Positions 1-8,612 of a DNA stretch of 61,544 bases are shown here, piece by piece. A program made the translations under genes and the position numbers. Each line of letters starts with the position of its first letter. Position 1 is the stretch's first letter. Origin of the DNA: a virus (Duplodnaviria; Caudoviricetes); IMG/VR virus record IMGVR_UViG_3300037010_000926, positions 1 to 61,544 of that record. One strand, written 5' to 3'. Under the pieces are notes generated by a model. It was given only the letters and a program-made list of their open reading frames with translations, made no database searches and was not told the origin of the DNA.

Positions 1-127
1 AAGGCCAAGGCCTTGCACGTCCACGAGCGCGAGGCCGCCATCGAGCACAACCGCAGGCTTGGTGGCCATGACCCGCTGCGCGTTGCCATCCCGGCAGTCT
101 GGGATGAGGCCAAGTACCTGCGCACCT
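1..127. repeat. Terminal direct repeat, copy 1 (identical to 61418-61544); circular assembly overlap
   Basis: First 127 nt equal the last 127 nt; an ORF runs across the junction. Confidence 0.95.
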
Positions 128-249
128 CCAAGCCCTTCCGTGTGCGGACCAAGCCCTTCGAGCTGAAGGTCAACGCCGATGACTGCGCCGCCCTGGCGAT
201 CCGGTCTGGCTGGCTCAACGTCCAGGTCACCGAGGACATCCGGGCATGA
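1..249 (+). CDS. 3' part of hypothetical protein starting at 61232 (spans the circular junction)
   Basis: Frame continuous with MAEVTFMVGG... from 61232; stop overlaps next ATG (ATGA). Confidence 0.75.
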   Translation, partial: KAKALHVHEREAAIEHNRRLGGHDPLRVAIPAVWDEAKYLRTSKPFRVRTKPFELKVNADDCAALAIRSGWLNVQVTEDIRA

Positions 250-401
250 GAGCGACCTACATCGGCGCCCGCAAGACATCCGCATTCACCAGCCTGTTCT
301 GGCTGGTGCTGTTCGCCGTCCATCAAGTGGTCGGCTTTGTCGGCTGGGCAGCCTTGGCTGCTTTGGCCATTCACCCCCTGCTTACCCACAGGAGTATTGC
401 C

Positions 402-620
402 ATGATTCCCTTGACCAGTGTTCAGTCGACGATGATCGACGGACAGGGCTATGACCCTGCCACCCAAACCCTCGCGCTGCGCTTCAAAGGCGGCAAGGTC
501 TACCACTACAAGGACGTGCCGCCCGAGACGGCGCAAGGCCTGGTGCAAGCCGAGTCGGCCGGCAAGTATTTCGGCGCCAACATCCGGGGCAAGTACAGCT
601 CCGAGGCAGTGGGCGAGTAA
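402..620 (+). CDS. KTSC domain protein (in-frame hydrophobic extension possible from 246)
   Basis: VQSTMIDGQGYDPATQTLALRFKGGKVYHYKDVP...AESAGKYFGANIRGKY fits the KTSC pattern; AGGAG RBS before 402. Confidence 0.85.
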   Translation: MIPLTSVQSTMIDGQGYDPATQTLALRFKGGKVYHYKDVPPETAQGLVQAESAGKYFGANIRGKYSSEAVGE

Positions 621-627
621 CGCTGCT

Positions 628-1131
628 GTGCGCTACGTCCCCCGCCTCAACAGTGCGATTCGCCGGCTGTGTGCCTACCTTGGCAAGCAGCCCGAAGGGT
701 ATGCCGTCAACGCTGCCATGGTGGTCACCATCACCGGCTCAGCCCAGGCGACGGTGTTCACCTCGGTGGACCACGCGGTCGAAGCGGGCTACCTGCGGGT
801 GGTGGATCGCAACCACTGGGCGCTGGGGCCGGTGCCAATGCCTGAGCCCAGGCCATTCGTGTCGCGCCCGGTCAAGGACGAATCGCACATGCACCTCAGG
901 GGCGCGCTGAAAGCCCTGGTCAGCCGCAGCAAGTCGGTGGACCGTGAGGAGTTCAGGCGCGGAATGGATGAGCTGCTGAAGGAGGCCGATGAGCTGATCT
1001 CTGCAGCACCAGCGCGTGGGCCAATTGGTGGCGCAGTCGTGGGGCTGGTGGTGGCCAATGAGCTGCGCACCGTGGCCCAGGTTGCCATCAAAGCCGCCTA
1101 CAAGCTGGCTGTGATGAAGGAGGCTCTGTGA
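628..1131 (+). CDS. Hypothetical protein, possible winged-helix N-terminus; start uncertain
   Basis: Open frame filling the gap; stop overlaps next GTG. Confidence 0.6.
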   Translation: MRYVPRLNSAIRRLCAYLGKQPEGYAVNAAMVVTITGSAQATVFTSVDHAVEAGYLRVVDRNHWALGPVPMPEPRPFVSRPVKDESHMHLRGALKALVSRSKSVDREEFRRGMDELLKEADELISAAPARGPIGGAVVGLVVANELRTVAQVAIKAAYKLAVMKEAL

Positions 1132-1790
1132 GCCACTACGACACACTGGGCTTGCGGCGTGATGCCACGCCCGAGCACATCGAGAAGGCCTGGAAGCGGG
1201 CCAGGAGCACGCTGCACCCTGACCGGCACCCCGACCTCAAAGGGGACGAGGTGCACTCCATGGCGGCAGCCTTTGCCCGCGCCAAGGACGCCTTCGATTG
1301 CCTGAGCGACCCAGCTCGACGAGCCGAGTACGACGCCACCGGCCGGGACAGCGGCAGTGCCGAGGACGCGGATGCGGGCGCGCGTAGCGTGCTGTGCACG
1401 CTGCTGATGCAGCACCTGGACTGCCAGGAGCCGCTGCTGCAGGTGGTGAACAGCCGACTCAAGGGCTCGATCTACGAGAAGGAGCAGCGGCTGGCCCAGA
1501 TGCGCAAGTCGCGCGAGCGCATGGTCATCAACCGTGGCGCTGTGACCCACAAGTCGGGTGGTGAAAACCTCATCCACTCCCTGGCCGACCAGGCGCTGGC
1601 CATGCTGGACGCGCATGTGGATCGCTCGGAAAAGAGTGTGGCCTTGCAGCGTCGTGCGCTGGCGCTGCTGGACGCCTACGAGGAGACGACTCGGATCGGT
1701 GGCGGCAGATCGCGTGGCATCACGCCCGAGATGATTGACAGCATGACCCAGGTCTTTGCGCAGGCCAACGCTGGCTGGGGTTCCCGATGA
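1128..1790 (+). CDS. DnaJ (J-domain) protein
   Basis: HYDTLGL...IEKAWKR...LHPDR (HPD motif)...LSDPARRAEYD. Confidence 0.9.
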   Translation: MSHYDTLGLRRDATPEHIEKAWKRARSTLHPDRHPDLKGDEVHSMAAAFARAKDAFDCLSDPARRAEYDATGRDSGSAEDADAGARSVLCTLLMQHLDCQEPLLQVVNSRLKGSIYEKEQRLAQMRKSRERMVINRGAVTHKSGGENLIHSLADQALAMLDAHVDRSEKSVALQRRALALLDAYEETTRIGGGRSRGITPEMIDSMTQVFAQANAGWGSR

Positions 1791-2026
1791 GCCCCGTGGT
1801 CGTCGCCTATGACGCCAACCGGCGCGACATCGCCAAGATGCTGCGCCAGGCGGCCAGCGCGCTGGAGATGGGCGAGTTCCCTGGTGCCCAGTCGGCAGCC
1901 TTGGTGCTGGACGGCCGGGAGATCCAGGTCTACGGGTTCGGCGCTGCCACCAGCGGCGAAACCCACCTCTTGCTGCACGCTGGCGCTGCCAAGCTGGTGC
2001 GGTCCACCCTGGGTCAGGAGGGATGA
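1787..2026 (+). CDS. Hypothetical protein
   Basis: ATGA-coupled on both sides. Confidence 0.7.
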   Translation: MSPVVVAYDANRRDIAKMLRQAASALEMGEFPGAQSAALVLDGREIQVYGFGAATSGETHLLLHAGAAKLVRSTLGQEG

Positions 2027-2370
2027 CCATGCAACGACGCAGTTTCCTCGGTGCCATGCTGGCTGCAGCCGCCGCGCCGGCCATCATCACCACGCCAGGC
2101 CTGCTGATGCCAGTCAAGAAGCTGGTGGTGCCGGGCAACATCCTCATCGGCCAGACCCAGCTCGACTGGCTCGCTTGGGTGGCCCGCAATGGCCAGGTGT
2201 GGATGAGCGAGTCTGGCCGGATTGAGCGGGTGGTGACCCGCGACGAGACGCGCCACGGCGGGCTCATCGCGGTGGACAGCACGTTCTACGACGGCTACGC
2301 CTGGTCCATCGACGAGAAGGGCGACATACGTGCCCAGAACATCCCATTCGCCCTATGGGAGGTTGCATGA
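2023..2370 (+). CDS. Hypothetical protein with twin-arginine (Tat)-like N-terminus
   Basis: MQRRSFLGAMLAAAAAPA; GGAGG RBS. Confidence 0.7.
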   Translation: MTMQRRSFLGAMLAAAAAPAIITTPGLLMPVKKLVVPGNILIGQTQLDWLAWVARNGQVWMSESGRIERVVTRDETRHGGLIAVDSTFYDGYAWSIDEKGDIRAQNIPFALWEVA

Positions 2371-2738
2371 CCCAGAAGTGGATGGTTACCCAGGATCCCA
2401 AGTCGCTGCGCCGCTTGGGCAAGCTGTCCGAGGAGCTGGGCGAGCTGCTGGCCGTGATCGGCCGCACCGTGATCCAGGGCATCGACGGGGTGGACCCAGC
2501 AACCAAACAGGTCAACCGCCTGCGCCTGCAGAACGAGATGGCCGACGTGCTGGCCCAGCTCCAGTTGACAGCCGAGCACTTCGACCTGGACGCCAAGGCG
2601 GCGAGCGAGCGAGTCGCAGCCAAGCTGGTGCTGATGGCCGAGTGGGAAGCCTTCTTTGGGGAGTCCCCAGTGCAGACCGCCGATCCTCATGGCCACTGGA
2701 ATAAGCCGCTGGCTGGCCAGCCACAGGAGACGGCATGA
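2367..2738 (+). CDS. MazG-like nucleotide pyrophosphohydrolase domain protein
   Basis: KLSEELGELL...LQNEMADVL (EExxE...ExxD). Confidence 0.7.
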   Translation: MTQKWMVTQDPKSLRRLGKLSEELGELLAVIGRTVIQGIDGVDPATKQVNRLRLQNEMADVLAQLQLTAEHFDLDAKAASERVAAKLVLMAEWEAFFGESPVQTADPHGHWNKPLAGQPQETA

Positions 2739-3454
2739 CTACCTGGGCTGACGAGTACGTGACGCAACTGGACGACTGCGAGCGGCGCAGCGAAAGGCTT
2801 TCCGACTGGGAATGCCAGTTGGGCGTCAGCGCTTACCGCCGCATCGCCGCTCTACCCAAGTTTGTAGCGTCAGGCCGGCAGCGGCAGCCTTTGCAAGCCA
2901 TTCGGCCTTGTCTGCCGGCGTCAACTTCAGTTGCACCCTGGCCGTTTTGCCTGCGCCATCGGGCAGGGGCTTGCGCCCAGGCTTGGCTTTCTCCGGGGCT
3001 TGCATCAGCCGTACACCCCGATGAGTTCCATCAGGCCCTGCTTCGTGAACAAGCCGTGCTTGCCTTCGACCTTGTACGCGGTCGCGCCGTTGACTTTGCT
3101 TGCCGACTTCGTGACAACCAGGCCAGCTTTCTTCGCGTCAGCCAGGACAACAGCGATGGTGGGTGCGTTCATGTTTCTCTCCGGTGGGTTGCTGCGGCGT
3201 CTTGCTGCAGTGGTGTTAATGTACTGCCAAAAATGCGTCGTGTCAAGCGTTATCGTACTGCCAGAAATGTAAAGTTGCAGCGCTCCGGCAAGAGCCGCCA
3301 AACCACAGCTCAGCCGGACTTGCCTGGCGGCAAGCCGGCTAGCATGCCGTTCGTTGACTCGCTGCGGCGCCAGATCACCGAGGGCCGCCGTCCAAGCGTC
3401 AAGCAGACCGAGACGCTGGGTAATGCGTGGGAGAAGGCGACCGCACGCGGTTGA
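2735..3454 (+). CDS. Small phage protein (62 aa when empty) interrupted in frame by a 531-bp attC cassette
   Basis: Removing 2819-3349 gives MTTWADEYVTQLDDCERRSERLSDWECQFVDSLRRQITEGRRPSVKQTETLGNAWEKATARG. Confidence 0.75.
   Translation: MTTWADEYVTQLDDCERRSERLSDWECQLGVSAYRRIAALPKFVASGRQRQPLQAIRPCLPASTSVAPWPFCLRHRAGACAQAWLSPGLASAVHPDEFHQALLREQAVLAFDLVRGRAVDFACRLRDNQASFLRVSQDNSDGGCVHVSLRWVAAASCCSGVNVLPKMRRVKRYRTARNVKLQRSGKSRQTTAQPDLPGGKPASMPFVDSLRRQITEGRRPSVKQTETLGNAWEKATARG
2826..3005 (-). CDS. Ribbon-helix-helix-like DNA-binding protein, 59 aa (not in the ORF track)
   Basis: MQAPEKAKPGRKPLPDGAGKTARVQLKLTPADKAEWLAKAAAAGLTLQTWVERRCGGKR; TGATG overlap with the upstream ORF. Confidence 0.7.
   Translation of the reverse strand: MQAPEKAKPGRKPLPDGAGKTARVQLKLTPADKAEWLAKAAAAGLTLQTWVERRCGGKR
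3005..3172 (-). CDS. Small hypothetical protein (55 aa), first gene of the cassette operon
   Basis: MNAPTIAVVLADAKKAG...; GGAG RBS; downstream of a consensus promoter. Confidence 0.7.
   Translation of the reverse strand: MNAPTIAVVLADAKKAGLVVTKSASKVNGATAYKVEGKHGLFTKQGLMELIGVYG
3218..3246 (-). promoter_or_regulatory. Sigma70 promoter of the cassette operon with direct-repeat operator
   Basis: TTGACA-N17-TACATT on the minus strand; GTACTGCCARAAATG at 3221-3235 and 3255-3269. Confidence 0.8.
3297..3355 (+). other. attC site of the solo cassette
   Basis: R'' GCCAAAC, arms CTCAGCCGGAC / GCCGGCTAGC, inner stem TTGCC-TGGC-GGCAA, R' GTTCGTT. Confidence 0.75.
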
Positions 3455-3459
3455 CACCC

Positions 3460-4323
3460 ATGCCAGGCAGTCCCAAGAAACGAGCCCGACGCCTTGCTGC
3501 AGCAGCAGCAAGCGAGGGCGCAGCTACACCTGTAGCGGCAAGTGACCCCCGTGAAGGGGTGAAGTCCTCACCGGACGGATTGTTGGACGGTGAGGCGGGT
3601 TCTTCCCCGGAGTGGGTTCCCGGGGCGGACGAGGCGAAGCCGAGGGCAGCACACAAGGCCAAGCCGAAGGGGACCGCAGCTCGATTGGTCGAGCAGGGCG
3701 CAGCAGTACGCGCCAAGGGTGCAGGTTCGATGCCTGCCGGTCCCGCCCCCAAACCCAAGGCGAACAAGGGTAAGGGTAAGACAGCGCCCCAGGATGAGCC
3801 CGAGGCGGTGGACGCGGACCCCCACACGCACGCACAGGCGAGCGCGCATGACGCGCCCCCGCGCGAGACAGCCCTGGTCTTGGCCTTCACCAGCAACAGG
3901 AAGCCAGGCCAGACGCTGGACCTGTCGGCCGAGTGGCCACAACTGCTTGACGCCCTGCATGAAGGGGAGTGGCTGGGCAAGCTGTGCCAGGCCATGAAAC
4001 TCAAGGTGAGGGAGGTCACTGACTGGATCCTGGCAGAGCCCTCGCGTGTGCGCGCGTATGACCTGGCGCTGGAGATGTCGGCCGAGGCCTTGCTGCAGAA
4101 GGCCACCGAGGCGTTGGACGGCGCCACGGTGACGACCACGGCCAAGGCCAGTGCCCAGGCTCACCACTTCCGCTGGCTGGCCAGCAAACGCAACGCGGCG
4201 AAGTTCGGCGACAAGCTGGACCTGACCAGCGGCAACAAGCCACTGGCACCGCGCACCCAAGCCGAGATCGACGCCGAGCTATTGGCCTTGGCCAACAAGG
4301 CACACAAGGGGAACCGAGCATGA
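3460..4323 (+). CDS. terS: Terminase small subunit with long low-complexity N-terminus
   Basis: C-terminal RWLASKRNAAKFGDKLDLTS typical of Sf6-like TerS; upstream of TerL. Confidence 0.75.
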   Translation: MPGSPKKRARRLAAAAASEGAATPVAASDPREGVKSSPDGLLDGEAGSSPEWVPGADEAKPRAAHKAKPKGTAARLVEQGAAVRAKGAGSMPAGPAPKPKANKGKGKTAPQDEPEAVDADPHTHAQASAHDAPPRETALVLAFTSNRKPGQTLDLSAEWPQLLDALHEGEWLGKLCQAMKLKVREVTDWILAEPSRVRAYDLALEMSAEALLQKATEALDGATVTTTAKASAQAHHFRWLASKRNAAKFGDKLDLTSGNKPLAPRTQAEIDAELLALANKAHKGNRA

Positions 4324-4544
4324 CCCTCAAGACCGACCTGGAGGAAGCCATCGCGGGCATCACGGCTGCGATCGACAAGAACCGGATGCTGTCGGAGCGC
4401 TACGCGGAGCAGGCCAAGTCCTACAAGGAGACGGCAGACCTCCACGCGGACATGGCGCGCGAGCTGGAAGCCAAGAAGGCTTTCACGCAGCAGCACCTGG
4501 ACGCTGAGGTTGCCCGCCTGGCCGCCGAGGAGCAGCAGCCATGA
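4320..4544 (+). CDS. Coiled-coil hypothetical protein
   Basis: ATGA-coupled ORF. Confidence 0.7.
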   Translation: MTLKTDLEEAIAGITAAIDKNRMLSERYAEQAKSYKETADLHADMARELEAKKAFTQQHLDAEVARLAAEEQQP

Positions 4545-4753
4545 CCGAGCTTGAGCGGATCCTGACCGAGACGGCCGACTCCCTGGCCCAGGACATCGCC
4601 GAGGCGCAGGGCGCATTGACAGGCAGCACCATGGAGCTGGAAAGGGCTCAGGCCCGCAACGATGCCCTGGCTGCCTCAGTGGTCAGCCTGACCCAGCGGC
4701 TGGCCGATGTGAACGCCCAGATCGCCGCCGAGCGGCAAAGGAATACCCCGTGA
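4541..4753 (+). CDS. Coiled-coil hypothetical protein
   Basis: ATGA-coupled ORF with GGAG RBS. Confidence 0.7.
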   Translation: MTELERILTETADSLAQDIAEAQGALTGSTMELERAQARNDALAASVVSLTQRLADVNAQIAAERQRNTP

Positions 4754-5034
4754 CGCTTTGTGTTGGTGACCGGGTGCGGTACTGGCCGCTGAAATTCGAG
4801 CGAACCATCCACGAGGCTCGCCCGCAGCCTTTCGCGGCCACGGTCACCCACGTCTGGGGTGTCGATGGCCAAGGTCAAATACACGCCAACGTCGTCGCCT
4901 TGCGTGATGACGGGCACCCACTCATCCGCTTGAGCGTGGTGATCGCTGCACCTGGTCAAGGCCAGCCAGGGCAGTGCGAGTTCGAGGCCATTCCCACAAC
5001 CCCACATCCCGTTCAACAGTTGAGGATCACATGA
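4750..5034 (+). CDS. Hypothetical protein (small beta domain)
   Basis: VGDRVRY...AATVTHVWG...ANV; coupled starts and stops. Confidence 0.7.
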   Translation: MTLCVGDRVRYWPLKFERTIHEARPQPFAATVTHVWGVDGQGQIHANVVALRDDGHPLIRLSVVIAAPGQGQPGQCEFEAIPTTPHPVQQLRIT

Positions 5035-5885
5035 AACCATTTACCGGCGCCAAGGTGCTGTTCTTCGCCGCCACGCTTGGCAATCTCGTGGCAGCCAAGC
5101 CTGTCGTTGGCTTTATCACCTGCGTCTGGAGCGACACCTGCGTCAACCTGCGGGTGGACAGCGGTGTGACCCACACCTCGGTCTACTTCCTCAGTGGTGA
5201 CTACGCGGGCGCGTGCCCCACGGGCTACTACTGCACGCTGACCGAAGACCAGGAGCCTGAGCGCCCCACAGTCGAGCCTGTCGACGCCACTGGTGCACTG
5301 GGCCAGGCCGTCCTCGACAAAATCAAGGCAGAGCTGCAGGACAGCAAGCTGGAGGGCATGGCCGGTGCTGGCGCTGCCTGTGGTGACACCAACCAGCAAA
5401 AGGGCCTGTCAGACATCACGGTGGGCCAGACGATCCGAGGCGACTTTGACAAGTCAATCCAAGCCGTGAATCGGGCGTGCGATGTGCTGGGCACCACTCG
5501 GACTACCGCTATGGACAGGGACCGTACCGAGCTGCAAACCCTGCGCGACGAGGTGACCAGCCTCAGGACCACGGTGGCCAACCTGTCGGCCCAGAACTAC
5601 AGCCTGGAAAAGGTACTGGCATTGGCCAGCGCAGCCGGCAACGAGGACTCCTGGCGCGTGCCCGACGCCCAATCCGAGGACACCAGCTCCAAAACCGTCA
5701 CGCTCGCCACCCTGGAAGTGATGATCGACAAGATCAGGTGCCTGCGCAGTGGGCGCGACGAGTTCGTCACGGCTCGGGCTCAGGCCCTGCTCCTGGGTGA
5801 GGGCATCGAGTTCGCGCTCAACGAGGTGAACGACGAGCTGGCCAGCCTGGAAGGCGACCTGACTGCCCTGGGCATCGTGGCCTGA
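5031..5885 (+). CDS. Hypothetical protein (beta domain plus coiled coil)
   Basis: GAGG RBS; VGFITCVWSDTCVNL. Confidence 0.7.
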   Translation: MKPFTGAKVLFFAATLGNLVAAKPVVGFITCVWSDTCVNLRVDSGVTHTSVYFLSGDYAGACPTGYYCTLTEDQEPERPTVEPVDATGALGQAVLDKIKAELQDSKLEGMAGAGAACGDTNQQKGLSDITVGQTIRGDFDKSIQAVNRACDVLGTTRTTAMDRDRTELQTLRDEVTSLRTTVANLSAQNYSLEKVLALASAAGNEDSWRVPDAQSEDTSSKTVTLATLEVMIDKIRCLRSGRDEFVTARAQALLLGEGIEFALNEVNDELASLEGDLTALGIVA

Positions 5886-5997
5886 CCATGGCTCAGGGGA
5901 GGTGGCTCAACCGCAACCTGGCCTGCGCTGTCCCGGCGCTGAAGCTGTGCCTGTCCGAGGCGGCTTTCAAGGCCGCTGATGTCACCACGACCTACCC

Positions 5998-7518
5998 ATG
6001 GCTGACATGACCCTTCCCTTGAGCCCTGCCGACATCATGCTGCTTGGCCCTGAGGACCGGCGCAGGGCGTTGGCGCTGCTCAAGGAGCGCGACCAGTGGA
6101 TCCAGCAGAACCGCTTCGCGCTGATGTTCCCGGACACTGGCCCGCTGGCCCGCGAGAAGTACGTCAAGCACCTGGCCTTCTTTGGCTACGGCTCCAAGTT
6201 CCGCGTGCGTGGCTTCATGGCCGGCAACCGGATCGGCAAGACCGAGGCCGCCGTCTACGAGCTGGTGTGCCACATGACGGGCGACTACCCGTGGTGGTGG
6301 ATTGGCAAGCGGTTTCATTCGCCTGTGCGTGTGTGGGTCGCGGGCGAGACGGCCAAGCTGGTACGGGAAGGCCTACAGGTCAAGCTGTTTGGCCAGTGGG
6401 GTGAGTTCGGCACGGGGATGATCCCGTTCGCCAAGCTCAACAAGTGGTCACCCAAACAGGGTGTGCCCGAGACGGTGGACACCTTCACCGTGCGCCACGC
6501 CACGGGTGGCCTGTCCCGAGGTGAGTTGAAGTCCTACGACCAGGGCGCCGGCTCATTCGCATCCGTTGAGCGCGAGGTGATCCTCCTGGACGAGGAGCCG
6601 CCCGAGGACGTGATGAATGAGTGCGTCATGCGGACCATGACGACGGACGGCATGGTGATGCTGTCCTTCACCCCGCTCAAGGGTGTGACGCGGGTGGTGC
6701 ACAAGTTCTACACCCAAGGCAAGCCGATCGAGGGGCCGGTCACCGATCCTGAGACTGGTCTGGCTATGCGTGCGCTGGTGATGGCCGGCTGGAAGGATGC
6801 ACCCCACCTCGGACCCAAGGAGATCGCTGAGCTGTCATCGCAGTACGCGAGCAAGCCCAGCGAGCTGAAAGCTCGGATGGACGGCATCCCGGAGCTGGGC
6901 TCAGGCCTGGTGTTCCCGGTGGCCGAGGCGTCGATCACCGTCGAGCCCTTCGAGATCCCAGCGAGCTGGCCACGCATCGCTGGCATTGACTTTGGCTGGG
7001 ATCACCCTACGGGTGCTGCGGAGCTGGCCTGGGACCGCGACAACGACCGGATCTACCTTGTGCGCGATCTGCAGGAGCGCGAGATGCCGCCGCTGCTGTT
7101 CGCCGCCGCCGTGCTGCCCTGGGGAAAGTGGTTGCCGTGGGCCTGGCCACACGACGGCAAGCAGTCCGGTGGCAAGTTCGACGCCAAGGACCAGCGCACC
7201 CTCAAGGACACCTACGCTGGCCACGGGCTGGACATGCTCAGTGACCACGCCCAGTTCCCTGATGGTGGCAACGGGGTCGAGGCCGGGATCCTGGAGATGA
7301 TGGAGCGAATGATGACGGGCCGCTGGAAGGTGTTCAACACCTGCGTCAAGTGGCTGGGCGAGTTCCGCACCTACCACCGCGAGAACGGGTTGATCGTCAA
7401 GATCGGCGACGACGTGATTTCAGCCAGCCGCTACGGCTACATGATGCGCCGCTACGCCAGGTGCAAGCCCAAGCCCAAGTCGACCCTCAAGGTAAAGACC
7501 AACTGGAGGACCGCATGA
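5998..7518 (+). CDS. terL: Terminase large subunit (P22 gp2-like)
   Basis: Walker A AGNRIGKT, Walker B ILLDEEP, SFTPLKG, nuclease GIDFGWDHP, C-terminal DDVISASRY. Confidence 0.95.
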   Translation: MADMTLPLSPADIMLLGPEDRRRALALLKERDQWIQQNRFALMFPDTGPLAREKYVKHLAFFGYGSKFRVRGFMAGNRIGKTEAAVYELVCHMTGDYPWWWIGKRFHSPVRVWVAGETAKLVREGLQVKLFGQWGEFGTGMIPFAKLNKWSPKQGVPETVDTFTVRHATGGLSRGELKSYDQGAGSFASVEREVILLDEEPPEDVMNECVMRTMTTDGMVMLSFTPLKGVTRVVHKFYTQGKPIEGPVTDPETGLAMRALVMAGWKDAPHLGPKEIAELSSQYASKPSELKARMDGIPELGSGLVFPVAEASITVEPFEIPASWPRIAGIDFGWDHPTGAAELAWDRDNDRIYLVRDLQEREMPPLLFAAAVLPWGKWLPWAWPHDGKQSGGKFDAKDQRTLKDTYAGHGLDMLSDHAQFPDGGNGVEAGILEMMERMMTGRWKVFNTCVKWLGEFRTYHRENGLIVKIGDDVISASRYGYMMRRYARCKPKPKSTLKVKTNWRTA

Positions 7519-7856
7519 CTGACACCGCCACAGCCAACACCGACATCCTGAACCCGCTGCGGCTGCGCACCCTAGCCGACGAGGTTGAAAAGCTGGAGCG
7601 GATGGAGGAGCACCGTAGCACCCTTCCTGATGCTCCCGTGCTGACTGTCAACTGGGTTTACGGACCAGCCATGGAGGGCTACTCCGAGCTGTGCTCGGCG
7701 CTGGCAGCCGAGATGACCAAGCGCTTCAACGAGTTGTGCGAGCGGGCCTTGGATGCCCAACGCACTGCAGTCGCTGTGGCCAAGATCGAAGCGTTGCAGA
7801 ACCGCCGCGCCATCGTCTACCCGGACGGCACGGTGAAGCCAGGGGATCCGCTATGA
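7515..7856 (+). CDS. Hypothetical protein
   Basis: GGAGG RBS; ATGA overlap with terL. Confidence 0.7.
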   Translation: MTDTATANTDILNPLRLRTLADEVEKLERMEEHRSTLPDAPVLTVNWVYGPAMEGYSELCSALAAEMTKRFNELCERALDAQRTAVAVAKIEALQNRRAIVYPDGTVKPGDPL

Positions 7857-8287
7857 GTGGTATTTTGTTGGGTGGGCCAAAGGCCTGGAAGGTGCGAGCC
7901 GTGGGTGACCTGGTGCTGGCGTACCACTGGTACAACGATGAGCCCACGATGTTCATCTACCCGCGCTACCGGCGCCTGCGGCTGACCAAGGCCACACCCT
8001 GGGGGCTGCCACTGACTGCGGCCCATGAGCTGGTCAACGCCGGCACCAAGGGGCACGGCGTCAACTCAGCAGAGCTGTTGGCCAAGTCCGAGCGCTGCGC
8101 CGAGCTGATGGGGTTCCAGAACGATCGCCAGGCGGTGTTCGCCATCGCTGACCTGATCCTGTCGGGGTTGACCGACCTCATCCACATGCCGCCAACGCCT
8201 GAGGCCTTCCTGCGCGAGGAGGCGCCCGTGGGCGGCACGATGCAGCTTGTGGTCGACGGCAAGACTGTGCTGGAGAAGGACGTATGA
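7853..8287 (+). CDS. Hypothetical phage protein
   Basis: ATGA-coupled ORF. Confidence 0.75.
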   Translation: MSGILLGGPKAWKVRAVGDLVLAYHWYNDEPTMFIYPRYRRLRLTKATPWGLPLTAAHELVNAGTKGHGVNSAELLAKSERCAELMGFQNDRQAVFAIADLILSGLTDLIHMPPTPEAFLREEAPVGGTMQLVVDGKTVLEKDV

Positions 8288-8553
8288 ACCTGAATGACCG
8301 CGCCCGGGAGGCCTTGCGCTACGGGGCTCAAGTCCCGTTCGACTGCGAGATTACTGGTGACCCCGACGAGTTCAAGCCACCCCGGGTCAAGGATTGGGCT
8401 GTGCGGGCCGCGCGTGGGGTCTGTGCTGAGCTGCAGGGCCGCGCCGGCATGAAGGAGATCATGGGCAACATCTACCCCACCCAGGCCCGCGACCTGGTGC
8501 AGGTGATCGCGGCCATCATCCGGGAGGCGGACAGGCGCCGCAAGAAACCCTGA
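8284..8553 (+). CDS. Hypothetical protein
   Basis: ATGA-coupled; AAGGA RBS. Confidence 0.7.
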   Translation: MNLNDRAREALRYGAQVPFDCEITGDPDEFKPPRVKDWAVRAARGVCAELQGRAGMKEIMGNIYPTQARDLVQVIAAIIREADRRRKKP

Positions 8554-8583
8554 CTATCCCATGAATTTGGGGGTTTCATTCGC

Positions 8584-8612
8584 TTACGTGGGGTATACGT
8601 CGCAGGTAGACT
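8584..8612 (+). promoter_or_regulatory. Putative sigma70 promoter overlapped by a 19-bp operator
   Basis: TTACGT-N17-TAGACT; GTATACGTCGCAGGTAGAC at 8593-8611. Confidence 0.5.

Larger units (their letters stand above)
2819..3349 (+). mobile_element. Solo integron-type gene cassette inserted at a GTT site
   Basis: Left junction G|TTGGGC (2818-2824); attC at 3297-3355; right junction G|TTCGTT. Confidence 0.8.

Noticed and set aside
5888-6011. 40-codon ORF overlapping the terL start
   Set aside because: Too short and without a clear RBS; possibly a gene remnant, not supportable
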